This document shows, one piece after another, positions 1 through 9,362 of a DNA stretch of 28,363 nucleotides. Each line of letters opens with the position of its first letter. Within the stretch, counting starts at the first letter, position 1. Source of the stretch: Candidatus Thorarchaeota archaeon (lineage in GTDB: Archaea; Asgardarchaeota; Thorarchaeia; Thorarchaeales; Thorarchaeaceae); the NCBI GenBank assembly GCA_046482545.1, contig JAWOEX010000030.1, forward strand, positions 1 through 28,363, given 5' to 3'. The notes below the pieces were generated by a model. It made no database searches, had not been told where the DNA came from, and was given only the letters and a program-made list of their open reading frames with translations. The position numbers and the translations under genes were made by a program.

Positions 1-188
1 CCGGGTCAGGGCAGGAGACAGAAGCCGAGACCGAAGGAGGGACCGTGTCCTGATGATGGCGGTCAAAGCCCGTGCTTGGCCGGGGGTAGCGCTCCGGTAT
101 GGCGGCGACGCTGGGCAAGGAAAGGGTGGAACACAGGAGTTTCCTCAGTTGGGTTCACTCACTCAACTGTAAGAAACATGTTATCCAG
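1..188 (+). ncRNA. Copy 1 (3' part, cut by window start) of the dispersed ~425-nt structured mobile RNA element
   Basis: Aligns by eye with 17018-17198 and ~25410-25600 (CAGGAG..GAAGCC..GACCG..GGAGG..GATGA..AAGGGTGGAACA..CAGTTG..AACTGT..GAAA..GTTA.C.AG). K-turn hairpin at 29-64; 3' hairpin CAGTTGGGT(146-154)/ACTCAACTG(161-169). Confidence 0.8.
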
Positions 189-208
189 AAACAGGAAAAA
201 TACTTTAC

Positions 209-1861
209 CTACTCAGGTATAAGCACCATATTTCCGACGTTCAACAGCCATTTTGGATCCAGTTTACGCTTGACCTTCTGAATCTCATCTATACCTTCAC
301 TGCCATACATGATTTCTAAGAATTGGCGTTTGAGCTTTCCAATGCCATGTTCAGCTGCAACCGTCCCACCAAGCTCGACAGCCCGCTGTGCGAATAATCG
401 GTAGTTTTCCATGCCCTGCTCAACTTCTTCATTGTTACGTGGAATCATGTTCACGTGTAAGTGATTATCTCCAATGTGACCAAAGATTACGTATTCCATG
501 CCTTGTTCTTCCAATATCTCGCGGTAGAAGGCTAGATACTCACGAAGCGCCTCATCAGGAACAGCCATATCTGTGCCAATCTTATGCACCTTTTCATATT
601 GTGCCTTCCGCTGAGCAATCAACGAGTTAATCGTCTCGGGTACAAAATGGCGAACAGTCTTCATCTTCTCAAGCTCTCGGTAGTCTAGCCCAGCCCAGCT
701 GGACTCAGAAGAAGAACCATGCTTATTCAGTATCTCCTCCAAGGCCATTACTCGTTCTTCCAACTCTTCCTCAGTATAGGCAAATTCGAAGAAGACAACA
801 GCCTTTGTTTCCTCTGTGAGAGCAGGCACTTTGATACCCGCATCACCCGCTTTTTCACGTATCATATCAAGAGCATAAGGCCCGAAATATTCTATGAATT
901 CCGGCGGCACCGGGCTGTTGGGTTCGCGCAAATCGTAGACAAAATCAACGGCGTTCTCTTCACTTGGAAAGAATGCCATAACTGTCATTGTGTTCTCCGG
1001 TAGCTCAGTCAGGACGAGCTCAACCTCAGTAATCGCACCAAGAATGCCTTCACATCCAATAAAGAGGTCGATAAAATCCATATCGGGTTTTGAGTAAAGA
1101 GCTGCAGCATTCTTTGTGTTTGGCATTTCGTAATTAGGAACATCAACTTCAACTGTGGAGCCATCTGTAAGCTCTATTTCAAAAATCCCATCTTCTGCAA
1201 AGACTTCACCACGCCGAATATCCAGAGCATCACCATTAGGCAGCAGGACACGAATTCGTTTCACCCAGGGACGCACAGCTCCGTACTTGAATGTACGAGC
1301 ACCTGAAGCGTTACATGCAACTATTCCGCCCAGCCATGCGCTGGTCTCGGTGGGATCAACTGGAAAAGATATCTCACGGTCATCTTCCATGAATCGTTCC
1401 AAGGCTTTCTGATTCTCTGAATCTCCCATTCCTTTAATCTCATCAAGGTCCTTTGATGTGATTACTTTGACAAGGTCTTCGAGTAACACGCCCGGCTCAG
1501 CAGTTATGGAATATTGATCTTCATTGGGATAGTAGTTCATGTAGAGTAACTTGTCCATCTCTTCGAAGTTGAGTGTAGTACCTCCAAGAGGTACCGCACC
1601 TCCAGTGAGACCTGTTCGCCCACCTTGCATGGTAACAGGGGTACCGTTTGCGTAGGCGTTCCGAAATTCATTTGCTACTTCCGCTTCTGTTCTAGGAAAA
1701 ACGAGTCTCTCCGTTTCTCCGTTAATGGAATGACTCTCATCATCGAGATAGAGACCATAGACATCATTGATTTGCTCGCTATCTGTCACTATCTTCATGT
1801 CTGGATGTGAAGGTGCTGGAACCTTTTCTGCCTTGATTTTGTTGCCCATACTGATTGTCAC
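209..1861 (-). CDS. FAD-linked oxidase, GlcD/D-lactate dehydrogenase family
   Basis: 550 aa. FAD-binding motifs QGGRTGLTGGAVP, PVDPT, LGGIVACNASG and FIGCEGILGAITE; C-terminal FGHIGDNHLH and AEHGIGKLK. Confidence 0.9.
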   Translation of the reverse strand: MTISMGNKIKAEKVPAPSHPDMKIVTDSEQINDVYGLYLDDESHSINGETERLVFPRTEAEVANEFRNAYANGTPVTMQGGRTGLTGGAVPLGGTTLNFEEMDKLLYMNYYPNEDQYSITAEPGVLLEDLVKVITSKDLDEIKGMGDSENQKALERFMEDDREISFPVDPTETSAWLGGIVACNASGARTFKYGAVRPWVKRIRVLLPNGDALDIRRGEVFAEDGIFEIELTDGSTVEVDVPNYEMPNTKNAAALYSKPDMDFIDLFIGCEGILGAITEVELVLTELPENTMTVMAFFPSEENAVDFVYDLREPNSPVPPEFIEYFGPYALDMIREKAGDAGIKVPALTEETKAVVFFEFAYTEEELEERVMALEEILNKHGSSSESSWAGLDYRELEKMKTVRHFVPETINSLIAQRKAQYEKVHKIGTDMAVPDEALREYLAFYREILEEQGMEYVIFGHIGDNHLHVNMIPRNNEEVEQGMENYRLFAQRAVELGGTVAAEHGIGKLKRQFLEIMYGSEGIDEIQKVKRKLDPKWLLNVGNMVLIPE

Positions 1862-1998
1862 CCAATTTCAGCATGTTTCGAGAATAGAACAAACATATCA
1901 AATCATTGATTTGAACACTCCTGTCTTAACTAGCCAGCACACACTAAAGGGCTCCATCTATCCCCCCGGCCCCTGTTCCAATCAATAGGCCCCCTAAG

Positions 1999-2901
1999 GT
2001 GCAACTGATGAAGATTACTGCAGTATCAGATATTCATGTCAGGCCACACGGAAAAGATGAGCAACTGATTCAAGCAATACGAGGAAGGGTAGAGAAGGCA
2101 AATCCCGATGTCTTCGTTATTGCTGGTGATATCAGTGATCGACTTGATGTGATGGAGGAGTCGTTAGCATCTCTGAAAATCGACGACTGCATCAACCTAT
2201 TTGTAGCGGGTAACCACGATGTCTGGTTTTCAGAGAATGCATCTTCACTGGAAAAATATTCGGAAAAAATAGGCACCTTATGTAAAGAAGCAGGATGGGT
2301 ACATTTGCCTGATGAGCCATACATTCATGGCTCAGTTGCATTTGTTGGAAGTATGGGATGGTCAGATTATTCATTTCGTGTGAAACAGCTTGATATCCCA
2401 CCGGAGGCCTACAGGCAGAAGGAGTATAACGGGTCAGTTTGGCGGGACTATTTCAATATCGACTGGGCGATGAACGATCAGGAGGTTACACAGCTGATGA
2501 ACAGGAAATTGGCTTATGATTTAGGCAACCTGCCAGAAGATATCACCGAAGTTGTTTGCGTGTCTCATCATCTGCCATTCGAAAAGCTCGTTGTATACAA
2601 GAATAGACTTCCATGGGATTTTTTCTCCGCGTACATGGGCGCAGAGAGTACTGGGCAGATACTCTTGGATGATGGCCGTATTTTTCTTACCATATCGGGA
2701 CACAGCCATGTGCGGAGTACGTGTGAAATTGATGGAATAACAGCAGTAACGGCTCCAATAGGCTACTGTCGACCGCCTGCTGATGAGCTTGAGAAATTCG
2801 CTGATGCAGCCGTTGCAGAAATCGATGTAAGCAGTACTGATATTACCTTGAGCCATTTCGTTGAGGGAAACATCTGCAGAGGACTACCCTATCCTGATTA
2901 A
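1999..2901 (+). CDS. Metallophosphoesterase (calcineurin-like)
   Basis: Motifs SDIH, AGDISD, GNHD, SHH and SGHSH. Confidence 0.88.
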   Translation: MQLMKITAVSDIHVRPHGKDEQLIQAIRGRVEKANPDVFVIAGDISDRLDVMEESLASLKIDDCINLFVAGNHDVWFSENASSLEKYSEKIGTLCKEAGWVHLPDEPYIHGSVAFVGSMGWSDYSFRVKQLDIPPEAYRQKEYNGSVWRDYFNIDWAMNDQEVTQLMNRKLAYDLGNLPEDITEVVCVSHHLPFEKLVVYKNRLPWDFFSAYMGAESTGQILLDDGRIFLTISGHSHVRSTCEIDGITAVTAPIGYCRPPADELEKFADAAVAEIDVSSTDITLSHFVEGNICRGLPYPD

Positions 2902-3105
2902 AAAATGCTTCATTTGCTCTAGAAAAACCTCTCGCTTCAACTTCACCACTTCCGTTCAGATTTACCGAAAAACGATATGATGGACTTGCTACCAATTGCA
3001 GTTCTGGTAGTTTTCGTTAATAGAAACGTTGGTCAGGTTGATTCACCTAGAAGGATCCACACGGCTGCAGCTCATGTCATGTTGCTTACAAAAGCCGCAA
3101 AAGGT

Positions 3106-3165
3106 GGCGTCCACCCCCGTCATGCGCGCCGGGAGGATCGTAGACACAAACGGAGACTGGACGCC
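3106..3165. other. GC-rich three-way-junction structure in an intergenic region (candidate small RNA or cis element)
   Basis: GGCGTCCA(3106-3113) pairs perfectly with TGGACGCC(3158-3165) and encloses two smaller stems (CCCCG/CGGGAG; TCGT/ACGG). Confidence 0.35.
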
Positions 3166-3329
3166 TTAATTCGATGAATAAATGCCTTATTCAATAGATA
3201 ATTGCTAACTCATTTACTTGAATTTTGCTTTCTGGTATATTGAAGGCGTTCCATAACGAAATTCTTTAAGAGAAGAAGCTAGGGCAAATCGAATGACTGT
3301 GTATCCTTACATTATGGTGGAGTAGAACT

Positions 3330-3821
3330 GTGCCAAAGAGAGCAAGATGTCCTTACTGTGGGAAGCTGTTTGACAGATACGAGCTTGATGAGCATGTACG
3401 AGTCTGCAGAAGACGCAATCAGCACAGTGAGTCTAAGACCAAGAGTAGAAGAAAGCTTGTTATCGATGGCAATAATGTGGCCTATTATTTGTCCTACGAT
3501 GGGGTTCCACAGGCAAGAAATATCGCTCTGGCAGACCGGAGCCTCAGAAATGCAGGATACAATCCCGTTGCGGTCGTTTCGGCAGCCCTGAAGTATAGAG
3601 TAGAAGACGAGGGAATCCTTGATAGATTGGTGAGACAGGGAAAAGTCATAGAAGCTAGTAGTGGTACCAATGACGATATGCTAATTCTGCGTCTTGCAAA
3701 GCGGCGCAACGCCGATGTCGTATCGAATGACAGATTTCTCGAATGGGTAGACAGATTTCCTTGGATTGCTCGGAGACGACATGGATATAGAATGACGCCG
3801 TCCGGTTTGATACTGCTGTAA
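3330..3821 (+). CDS. Zn-finger + NYN/PIN ribonuclease (Zc3h12a/Regnase-like NYN domain)
   Basis: N-terminal CPYC..H...C; catalytic acidic motifs VIDGNNVAY, NDDMLIL and VVSNDRF. Confidence 0.8.
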   Translation: MPKRARCPYCGKLFDRYELDEHVRVCRRRNQHSESKTKSRRKLVIDGNNVAYYLSYDGVPQARNIALADRSLRNAGYNPVAVVSAALKYRVEDEGILDRLVRQGKVIEASSGTNDDMLILRLAKRRNADVVSNDRFLEWVDRFPWIARRRHGYRMTPSGLILL

Positions 3822-3935
3822 AGAGAGAATGAGGTTTTCTTGCAGCGTTTCCTAGTCTGGGCTCCTTAGCAGCACACCAAAACGTAAGCATTAAAATCGT
3901 ACAATCAATGCCCCGGCAAGTTAGCAGGATTATAT

Positions 3936-5732
3936 ATGGGTGATGGCAAATTGAATTGCGATGAATTGCGCCGTAAGTACCTAGAATTCTTTGAAGAGAA
4001 GGACCATGCCATCATAGGATCTGCCTCACTGATGCCTGAACATGATCCTACTGTGCTGTTCACTACTGCAGGTATGCACCCTCTGGTACCTTACCTATTG
4101 GGTCAAAGGCATCCGATGGGAACACGACTGGCCAATTGTCAGAAATGTATCCGTACCACAGATATCGAAGAAGTGGGTGATACAGTGCATCTCACCTTTT
4201 TCGAGATGCTTGGAAACTGGAGTTTGGGGGATTACTGGAAAGAAGAAGCTATTCGGTGGAGCTACGAGTTTCTCACTTCGGAAAAGTGGCTGGGATTTGA
4301 CCCAGAAAGTCTCTATGTCACCCTCTTTGAAGGCGATGATAATGCTCCGAGGGATGATGAGTCTGCCGAAATCTGGAAGGCACAGGGAATACCGGAAGAA
4401 CGTATCTACTACCTACCAAAGGAAGATAATTGGTGGGGACCAGCAGGAAAGACTGGACCATGTGGACCCTGCTCTGAGATGTTCATTGAAGTTGATGATA
4501 TCCCGAAATGTGGTCCGGACTGTAAACCAGGATGCAACTGTGGACATTTTGTGGAAGTATGGAACGACGTTTTCATGGAGTATAGTAAGACAGAAGATGG
4601 CGATTACGAGGTTCTCGACCAGAAGAACATAGATACAGGAATGGGTCTTGAACGGACTGCAGCTATGCTGCAAGGAAAGCAGACAGTTTACGGAATCGAG
4701 AATATGGCTCCACTTGTCGAGACACTCAAATCAATGAGTGAGAAGGAAGAGTTCACCCAAGAAGATATTAGAAGAATCAGGATAATTTCGGATCACATCA
4801 AAGCAGCAGTTATGATTATGGGAGATGATCGCAAAATCATTCCATCCAACAAAGAGCATGGATATGTTGTGCGTCGTCTCATAAGGCGTAGTATCCAACA
4901 TGCTGGGAAACTCGGAATATCCCAGGACTTCACCAAGAGACTTGCAGGACTTGTCATCGATATCTACAAGGATCCCTATGATGAAGTGGAACGGAACAAA
5001 GAGTTCATCATGGAAAATCTTGTGCGGGAGGAGAAGAAGTTCAGCAAGACACTTCGCCGAGCACTCAGGAAGTTCAATCGGATTCTCGAAGACAAAGGAA
5101 CCATAACAGGAGAAGATGCTGCTCTCTTGTATCAGAGTTTTGGCCTGCCTATCGAAATGACAAGGGAACTTGCTGCCGAGGAAGGTATCGATATAGATAT
5201 GGAAACCTTCAGAGAGGAGCAGCAAGAACACAAAGAGGTCTCAAAAGACGGTGCAGAGGATAAGTTTAAGGGAGGGCTAGCGGATCACAGTGAGGAAACC
5301 ACAAAACTCCATACTGCAACACACCTATTGCAGGCTGCATTGAGGAACGTGCTAGGCGATAGAGTAAAACAGAATGGTAGCAATATCACTGCAGAGCGCT
5401 TGAGATTTGACTTCACCTTCCCCAGGAAGCTTACTGATGAGGAACTGGAAGAAGTTGAGAAGCTCGTGAATGAGCAAATTGAGAAGGATCGTGAGGTGCA
5501 GCATGAATTCATGCCCTACCATGAGGCCATTGAACAGGGCGCGCTGGCTTTCTTCAAAGAGAATTATGGGGATAGAGTATCTGTATACTCGGTTGGAAAC
5601 TTTAGTAAGGAGCTTTGTGGTGGACCCCACGTAGATAGAACTGGAGAGTTAGGGCACTTCAGGATATCAAAGCAGGAAAGCATTGGTACAGGTCTTGTTA
5701 GAATCTATGCATTTCTTCAAGACGAGAACTGA
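3936..5732 (+). CDS. alaS: Alanine--tRNA ligase (short form lacking the C-Ala domain)
   Basis: LFTTAGMHPL, HLTFFEMLGNWS, GPCGPCSE, IDTGMGLER; editing domain HTATHLL and ELCGGPHV; 598 aa. Confidence 0.96.
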   Translation: MGDGKLNCDELRRKYLEFFEEKDHAIIGSASLMPEHDPTVLFTTAGMHPLVPYLLGQRHPMGTRLANCQKCIRTTDIEEVGDTVHLTFFEMLGNWSLGDYWKEEAIRWSYEFLTSEKWLGFDPESLYVTLFEGDDNAPRDDESAEIWKAQGIPEERIYYLPKEDNWWGPAGKTGPCGPCSEMFIEVDDIPKCGPDCKPGCNCGHFVEVWNDVFMEYSKTEDGDYEVLDQKNIDTGMGLERTAAMLQGKQTVYGIENMAPLVETLKSMSEKEEFTQEDIRRIRIISDHIKAAVMIMGDDRKIIPSNKEHGYVVRRLIRRSIQHAGKLGISQDFTKRLAGLVIDIYKDPYDEVERNKEFIMENLVREEKKFSKTLRRALRKFNRILEDKGTITGEDAALLYQSFGLPIEMTRELAAEEGIDIDMETFREEQQEHKEVSKDGAEDKFKGGLADHSEETTKLHTATHLLQAALRNVLGDRVKQNGSNITAERLRFDFTFPRKLTDEELEEVEKLVNEQIEKDREVQHEFMPYHEAIEQGALAFFKENYGDRVSVYSVGNFSKELCGGPHVDRTGELGHFRISKQESIGTGLVRIYAFLQDEN

Positions 5733-5813
5733 ATTCACCGGACACTAAAACAACTTAGTGGGTATCTAAAATAGAGATATATTCAAAAACAAAACGATGA
5801 TAATGGGATTATC

Positions 5814-5830
5814 GGTTGAAAAATTCAACC
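5814..5830. promoter_or_regulatory. Perfect palindrome GGTTGAA-AAA-TTCAACC upstream of the phosphate-uptake genes
   Basis: 7-3-7 inverted repeat between alaS and the DUF47 gene; operator or terminator role is inferred. Confidence 0.3.
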
Positions 5831-5925
5831 ACAAACCGCAGAAACCGGCTGTAAGAATCAAAATAGACATTCTACGCAGACAAAGGACTGTTAAGGAACC
5901 GTCTAGAACCTAGAACTGCAAAGAG

Positions 5926-6597
5926 GTGAATTTGTTGGGAACTTTCTCAAGAATATTTGGCGTAGGAAAAAAGGAGCTTCAGGAGAAAGCTGATGAGATA
6001 ATCCTAGATTTAAGCAAGGGATTACAAAGCGCTAGTGCGAAGCTGTGCGTGGCGTCCAAATCTTGGGGGTATGGAGATATAGAAACACTGCTCGAGATTG
6101 AAAAGGAAATCATCGAAATCGAGCGGGAATGTGATGAGATGCGAGACCGGCTTATTGAAAATATCTTTTCACAACGTGCATACTTGCCCCAGCAAACCCA
6201 AGAAAGACATCGACTGATAAACTACATGGACGATATCGTGGACGCAGCTGAAGAAGCAATCCGGATAATGTCGATATGCAAAGATATCAATCCCCGTTCA
6301 GAAATCAGAGATATAGCTGAGAAATGCTGGAAAAGCACAGATTTACTCCAAGACGCCATCAAGTATCTCTTCAAAGATTTTGACCGTTCTGTAGACTTCT
6401 CACATAAAGTCTCCGAAGTCCGGGAAGAAGCAAGAGATATCCAGTTCCAGTTCCTTGGTTGCCTTCTAGAAGACACAGAGCGAAACCCAACCGAATTGCA
6501 GTATCTTCGCCTTGTAGCTAGAACCATCGTAGAAGTTGCCATAGATGCAGAGAAATGTGCAGATTTCATCCGAGCTCTGGCCGTCAAGTATTCCTAG
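5926..6597 (+). CDS. DUF47/PhoU-like phosphate transport regulator
   Basis: Helical acidic protein with IERECDEMR, MDDIVDAAEE and AEKCADFI; directly upstream of a PiT transporter. Confidence 0.85.
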   Translation: MNLLGTFSRIFGVGKKELQEKADEIILDLSKGLQSASAKLCVASKSWGYGDIETLLEIEKEIIEIERECDEMRDRLIENIFSQRAYLPQQTQERHRLINYMDDIVDAAEEAIRIMSICKDINPRSEIRDIAEKCWKSTDLLQDAIKYLFKDFDRSVDFSHKVSEVREEARDIQFQFLGCLLEDTERNPTELQYLRLVARTIVEVAIDAEKCADFIRALAVKYS

Positions 6598-6614
6598 AAG
6601 CTGGAGGATTAGGA

Positions 6615-7643
6615 GTGGCCCTCGTCGCCCTAGTTGCGTTGCTCGCCATCGGTTTCTTCGTGGCTTTCGGCATTGGAACCAATGATGAGACAATGAGCCC
6701 AGCTGTGGGAGCCCATGTATTCTCAGCTGGAACTGCTGTTTTGCTTGGTGCAGTGGTGAATCTTTTTGGCGCTGTGTTCATGGGCAGCGCAGTATCAGAG
6801 AAAGTAGGCTCAGAACTTGTTAGGGGGAATGTGCTCACAATGGACATGGTTTTCGCCATTCTCATATCGATGGCCATCTGGTTGATTATGGCATCAGCTT
6901 CTCATGGAATCCCCATAAGCACGACACAATGCATTGTAGGTTCAGTGATTGGTGTATGTCTAATAGCACCGTTCCTCGGTTTGCCAAGCTGGGGACTACA
7001 AAGTATAGATTTCTTAGTACTTCTCCAGGTCTTTCTTGGATGGATAATCTCTCCAATGGTGGGTTTTTTTATCGCCGCTGTAATTTTCTTCCTTGTACGA
7101 AAGGCACAAGACCGAGCAAACGGTTTCTACGCACGAGAGAGACAGGAAACGATTGCTGCTTACGCATTAGCAGTGTTTCTGATTATCACCTCTCTCAGTC
7201 GGGGAGGTAACGATGTCGCCAATGCTGTTGCACCATTAATGGCATTGCCCGAGTTCAATATGGTGTACCATTTCGGATTCTTAACCATTCCAGGTACTCT
7301 CATGCCCCTAGTTGTTGGTGGAATTGGAATGGGCTTGGGGCTAATCATTGTCGGAGGAAAAGTAATCCGCACAGTATCTACGGAGATTGTTACACTATCT
7401 CCATCTTCAGCTCTATCTGCTAGCATAGCAGTCTCCTTTATCATGCTCATTGGGACTGTTCTCGGCTTGCCTCTGAGTGGAACTCATGTGCTAGTGGCTT
7501 CACTGATTGCAGTAGGATGGGTAGAACAGACCGAGATTCAGAAGAAGCAGATTAGGGATATTATCATTTCTTGGGTCATAACCGTTCCAATTTCTGCGTT
7601 TTTCGCCATTCTTTGTTTCTGTGGCATCCATCATCTTTTCTAG
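6615..7643 (+). CDS. Inorganic phosphate transporter, PiT family
   Basis: GTND and GGNDVANAVAP signature repeats, PISTTQ and PLSGTH, many TM segments. Probable GTG start at 6615 after GGAGG. Confidence 0.92.
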   Translation: MALVALVALLAIGFFVAFGIGTNDETMSPAVGAHVFSAGTAVLLGAVVNLFGAVFMGSAVSEKVGSELVRGNVLTMDMVFAILISMAIWLIMASASHGIPISTTQCIVGSVIGVCLIAPFLGLPSWGLQSIDFLVLLQVFLGWIISPMVGFFIAAVIFFLVRKAQDRANGFYARERQETIAAYALAVFLIITSLSRGGNDVANAVAPLMALPEFNMVYHFGFLTIPGTLMPLVVGGIGMGLGLIIVGGKVIRTVSTEIVTLSPSSALSASIAVSFIMLIGTVLGLPLSGTHVLVASLIAVGWVEQTEIQKKQIRDIIISWVITVPISAFFAILCFCGIHHLF

Positions 7644-8542
7644 CCTACGTTCTTAGCTTTCTTATAGGCATCAAAGAAGCTATCAGGACCACCCACAATC
7701 GTTTGTGTAAGCATTTCTCGACCAAGATTCTCGTCGATTGTCTCGGACATGTGCGCTCCGGCAACATACCATAGCCTGTTCCCCGTACTACTCATTTTCT
7801 CCATAACTTCGAAATCCAAGTCAGTCAGTTCACGACTACCCACTTCATCCAATCCTTCAAGGATTTCGAAGTATTCTGTTACGCGAGCTTGGCGCTCGTC
7901 TGAGTCAAGCAGGAGATGATAATCTTCATGTCCAAGACCGTTCTCGGAAATGCGTCTATCCATTGGCGCATAGACTGCAAGCCCCTCCAAGTGTGTTGAG
8001 TATCTCATGGCATCTCGCAGATCAGCTACAGTCTGTAAATCTGCAAGAGAGTAGATGGGATGGTAATCTGTGTATCCAACATGATGCAGCTCGTGCATAG
8101 CCATATAGACAAGCTCACGTCTGTCCGAAGAAAAATGGGGATGGGCAATATTCAGCATAGCTTCTCCCTGAGACACAATCCCGACATCATAACCTAGAAT
8201 TAGATTCAGGTGGGTTTGAAGGCTATAATCAGAAGGAAGATACTTCTTCAATTCTTGTATTGCACTAAGGAGCGTTCCTCTATTGAACTGTAGATACCTG
8301 AGGTTGGACCGAATGTGTTTTTCGTAGTCAGGTTGGTGCCTTGTGGCCTCCGTTAAAATGGTTAGCCAAAAATCAAGCAGTGAGGCCTCGGTATTTCCAA
8401 AACGAAGGGCATGGGCATGTGTCTTTTTAGCGGCTGTACAGGATGCAAGCTCAGACAGAAGAGATTCAGTAGGCGATGTTAGATATTCAAGAGCAACCTC
8501 AACAACTTGAGCATTGACTACCACACTATCAAGTTCCATCAT
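7640..8542 (-). CDS. Putative Zn-dependent protease (DUF5700/DUF2268-like)
   Basis: HELHHVGY (HExxH) followed by EGLAVY. Confidence 0.65.
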   Translation of the reverse strand: MMELDSVVVNAQVVEVALEYLTSPTESLLSELASCTAAKKTHAHALRFGNTEASLLDFWLTILTEATRHQPDYEKHIRSNLRYLQFNRGTLLSAIQELKKYLPSDYSLQTHLNLILGYDVGIVSQGEAMLNIAHPHFSSDRRELVYMAMHELHHVGYTDYHPIYSLADLQTVADLRDAMRYSTHLEGLAVYAPMDRRISENGLGHEDYHLLLDSDERQARVTEYFEILEGLDEVGSRELTDLDFEVMEKMSSTGNRLWYVAGAHMSETIDENLGREMLTQTIVGGPDSFFDAYKKAKNVG

Positions 8543-8558
8543 TGGATTCTACCTCTGT

Positions 8559-9305
8559 TCAGTTCCGATTATCGATGGAGGGCAATTGATGTATCAAGAT
8601 GTAGTCCTTAGCTAGTTGACCCAATGAGATCGCCTCCTCCTCCGACAGGTGTACCCGCAACCCCCTCTCAGGGCTTTCCTTTCGGGTTGCTTCAACAAGC
8701 GCTAGGTCAGCCCCCTGAATAGCAGCCCTTGCACCATCACAGAGTCGTGTATCTCCACTGTAAGCTATTGTTGTATCATGAATCTGAACCCTATAAGCGA
8801 AACACGGCATTAGTGTTCCCGTTGGCTGAGATTCTCTTCCGAAATGCTCAACCTCGAATGCTTTCACACCAAATAAGTCGATGGCGAATTCAGCATTTGG
8901 TCTCAGTTCTTGCAGCCGTATCTCAAAGGGGGTTGTGGATGTGTAACAGGCCTTGAAGGTTTCAACCAATCCTTCAACCTCGATTGAGTCACAAGGAATG
9001 AGGATATCAAGTGGCGTAGTACGTTCTAGCATTCGAAGAAAGCCCAATATACTGTGTAATCCTCCCATGTGATCAAAATGCCCGTGAGTGATAGCTATTA
9101 CCGCAAGCCTCTCAACGATAGATTGTCCGTAAATCTCAAAGAGGTCCCTTAGAACCCCATCACCACCATCAAACAACAAGATATCTTCTCGTTTCTTTGA
9201 TTCTACAATAGCAGAAGTGCTGATGCCTGCTACTGAATAGGGCACGAGAACTCGTACATCATCATTTTGCCATTCAATCAACTGCCCCTCACGTGTCATA
9301 ATCAT
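8559..9305 (-). CDS. MBL-fold metallo-hydrolase (RNase Z-like)
   Basis: LFDGGDG, THGHFDHMGG, AYSGDT, LIH. Likely start at 9305 or 9299 after AGGTGA. Confidence 0.85.
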   Translation of the reverse strand: MIMTREGQLIEWQNDDVRVLVPYSVAGISTSAIVESKKREDILLFDGGDGVLRDLFEIYGQSIVERLAVIAITHGHFDHMGGLHSILGFLRMLERTTPLDILIPCDSIEVEGLVETFKACYTSTTPFEIRLQELRPNAEFAIDLFGVKAFEVEHFGRESQPTGTLMPCFAYRVQIHDTTIAYSGDTRLCDGARAAIQGADLALVEATRKESPERGLRVHLSEEEAISLGQLAKDYILIHQLPSIDNRN

Positions 9306-9362
9306 CTTCACCTGCAGTGGTTGCTGACCAATCTCTGAACTTGAGGGGATAGAGGTCCGCAC

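Noticed and set aside
3106-3165. tRNA gene
   Set aside because: Only 60 nt, with no TTC T-loop or anticodon arm geometry.
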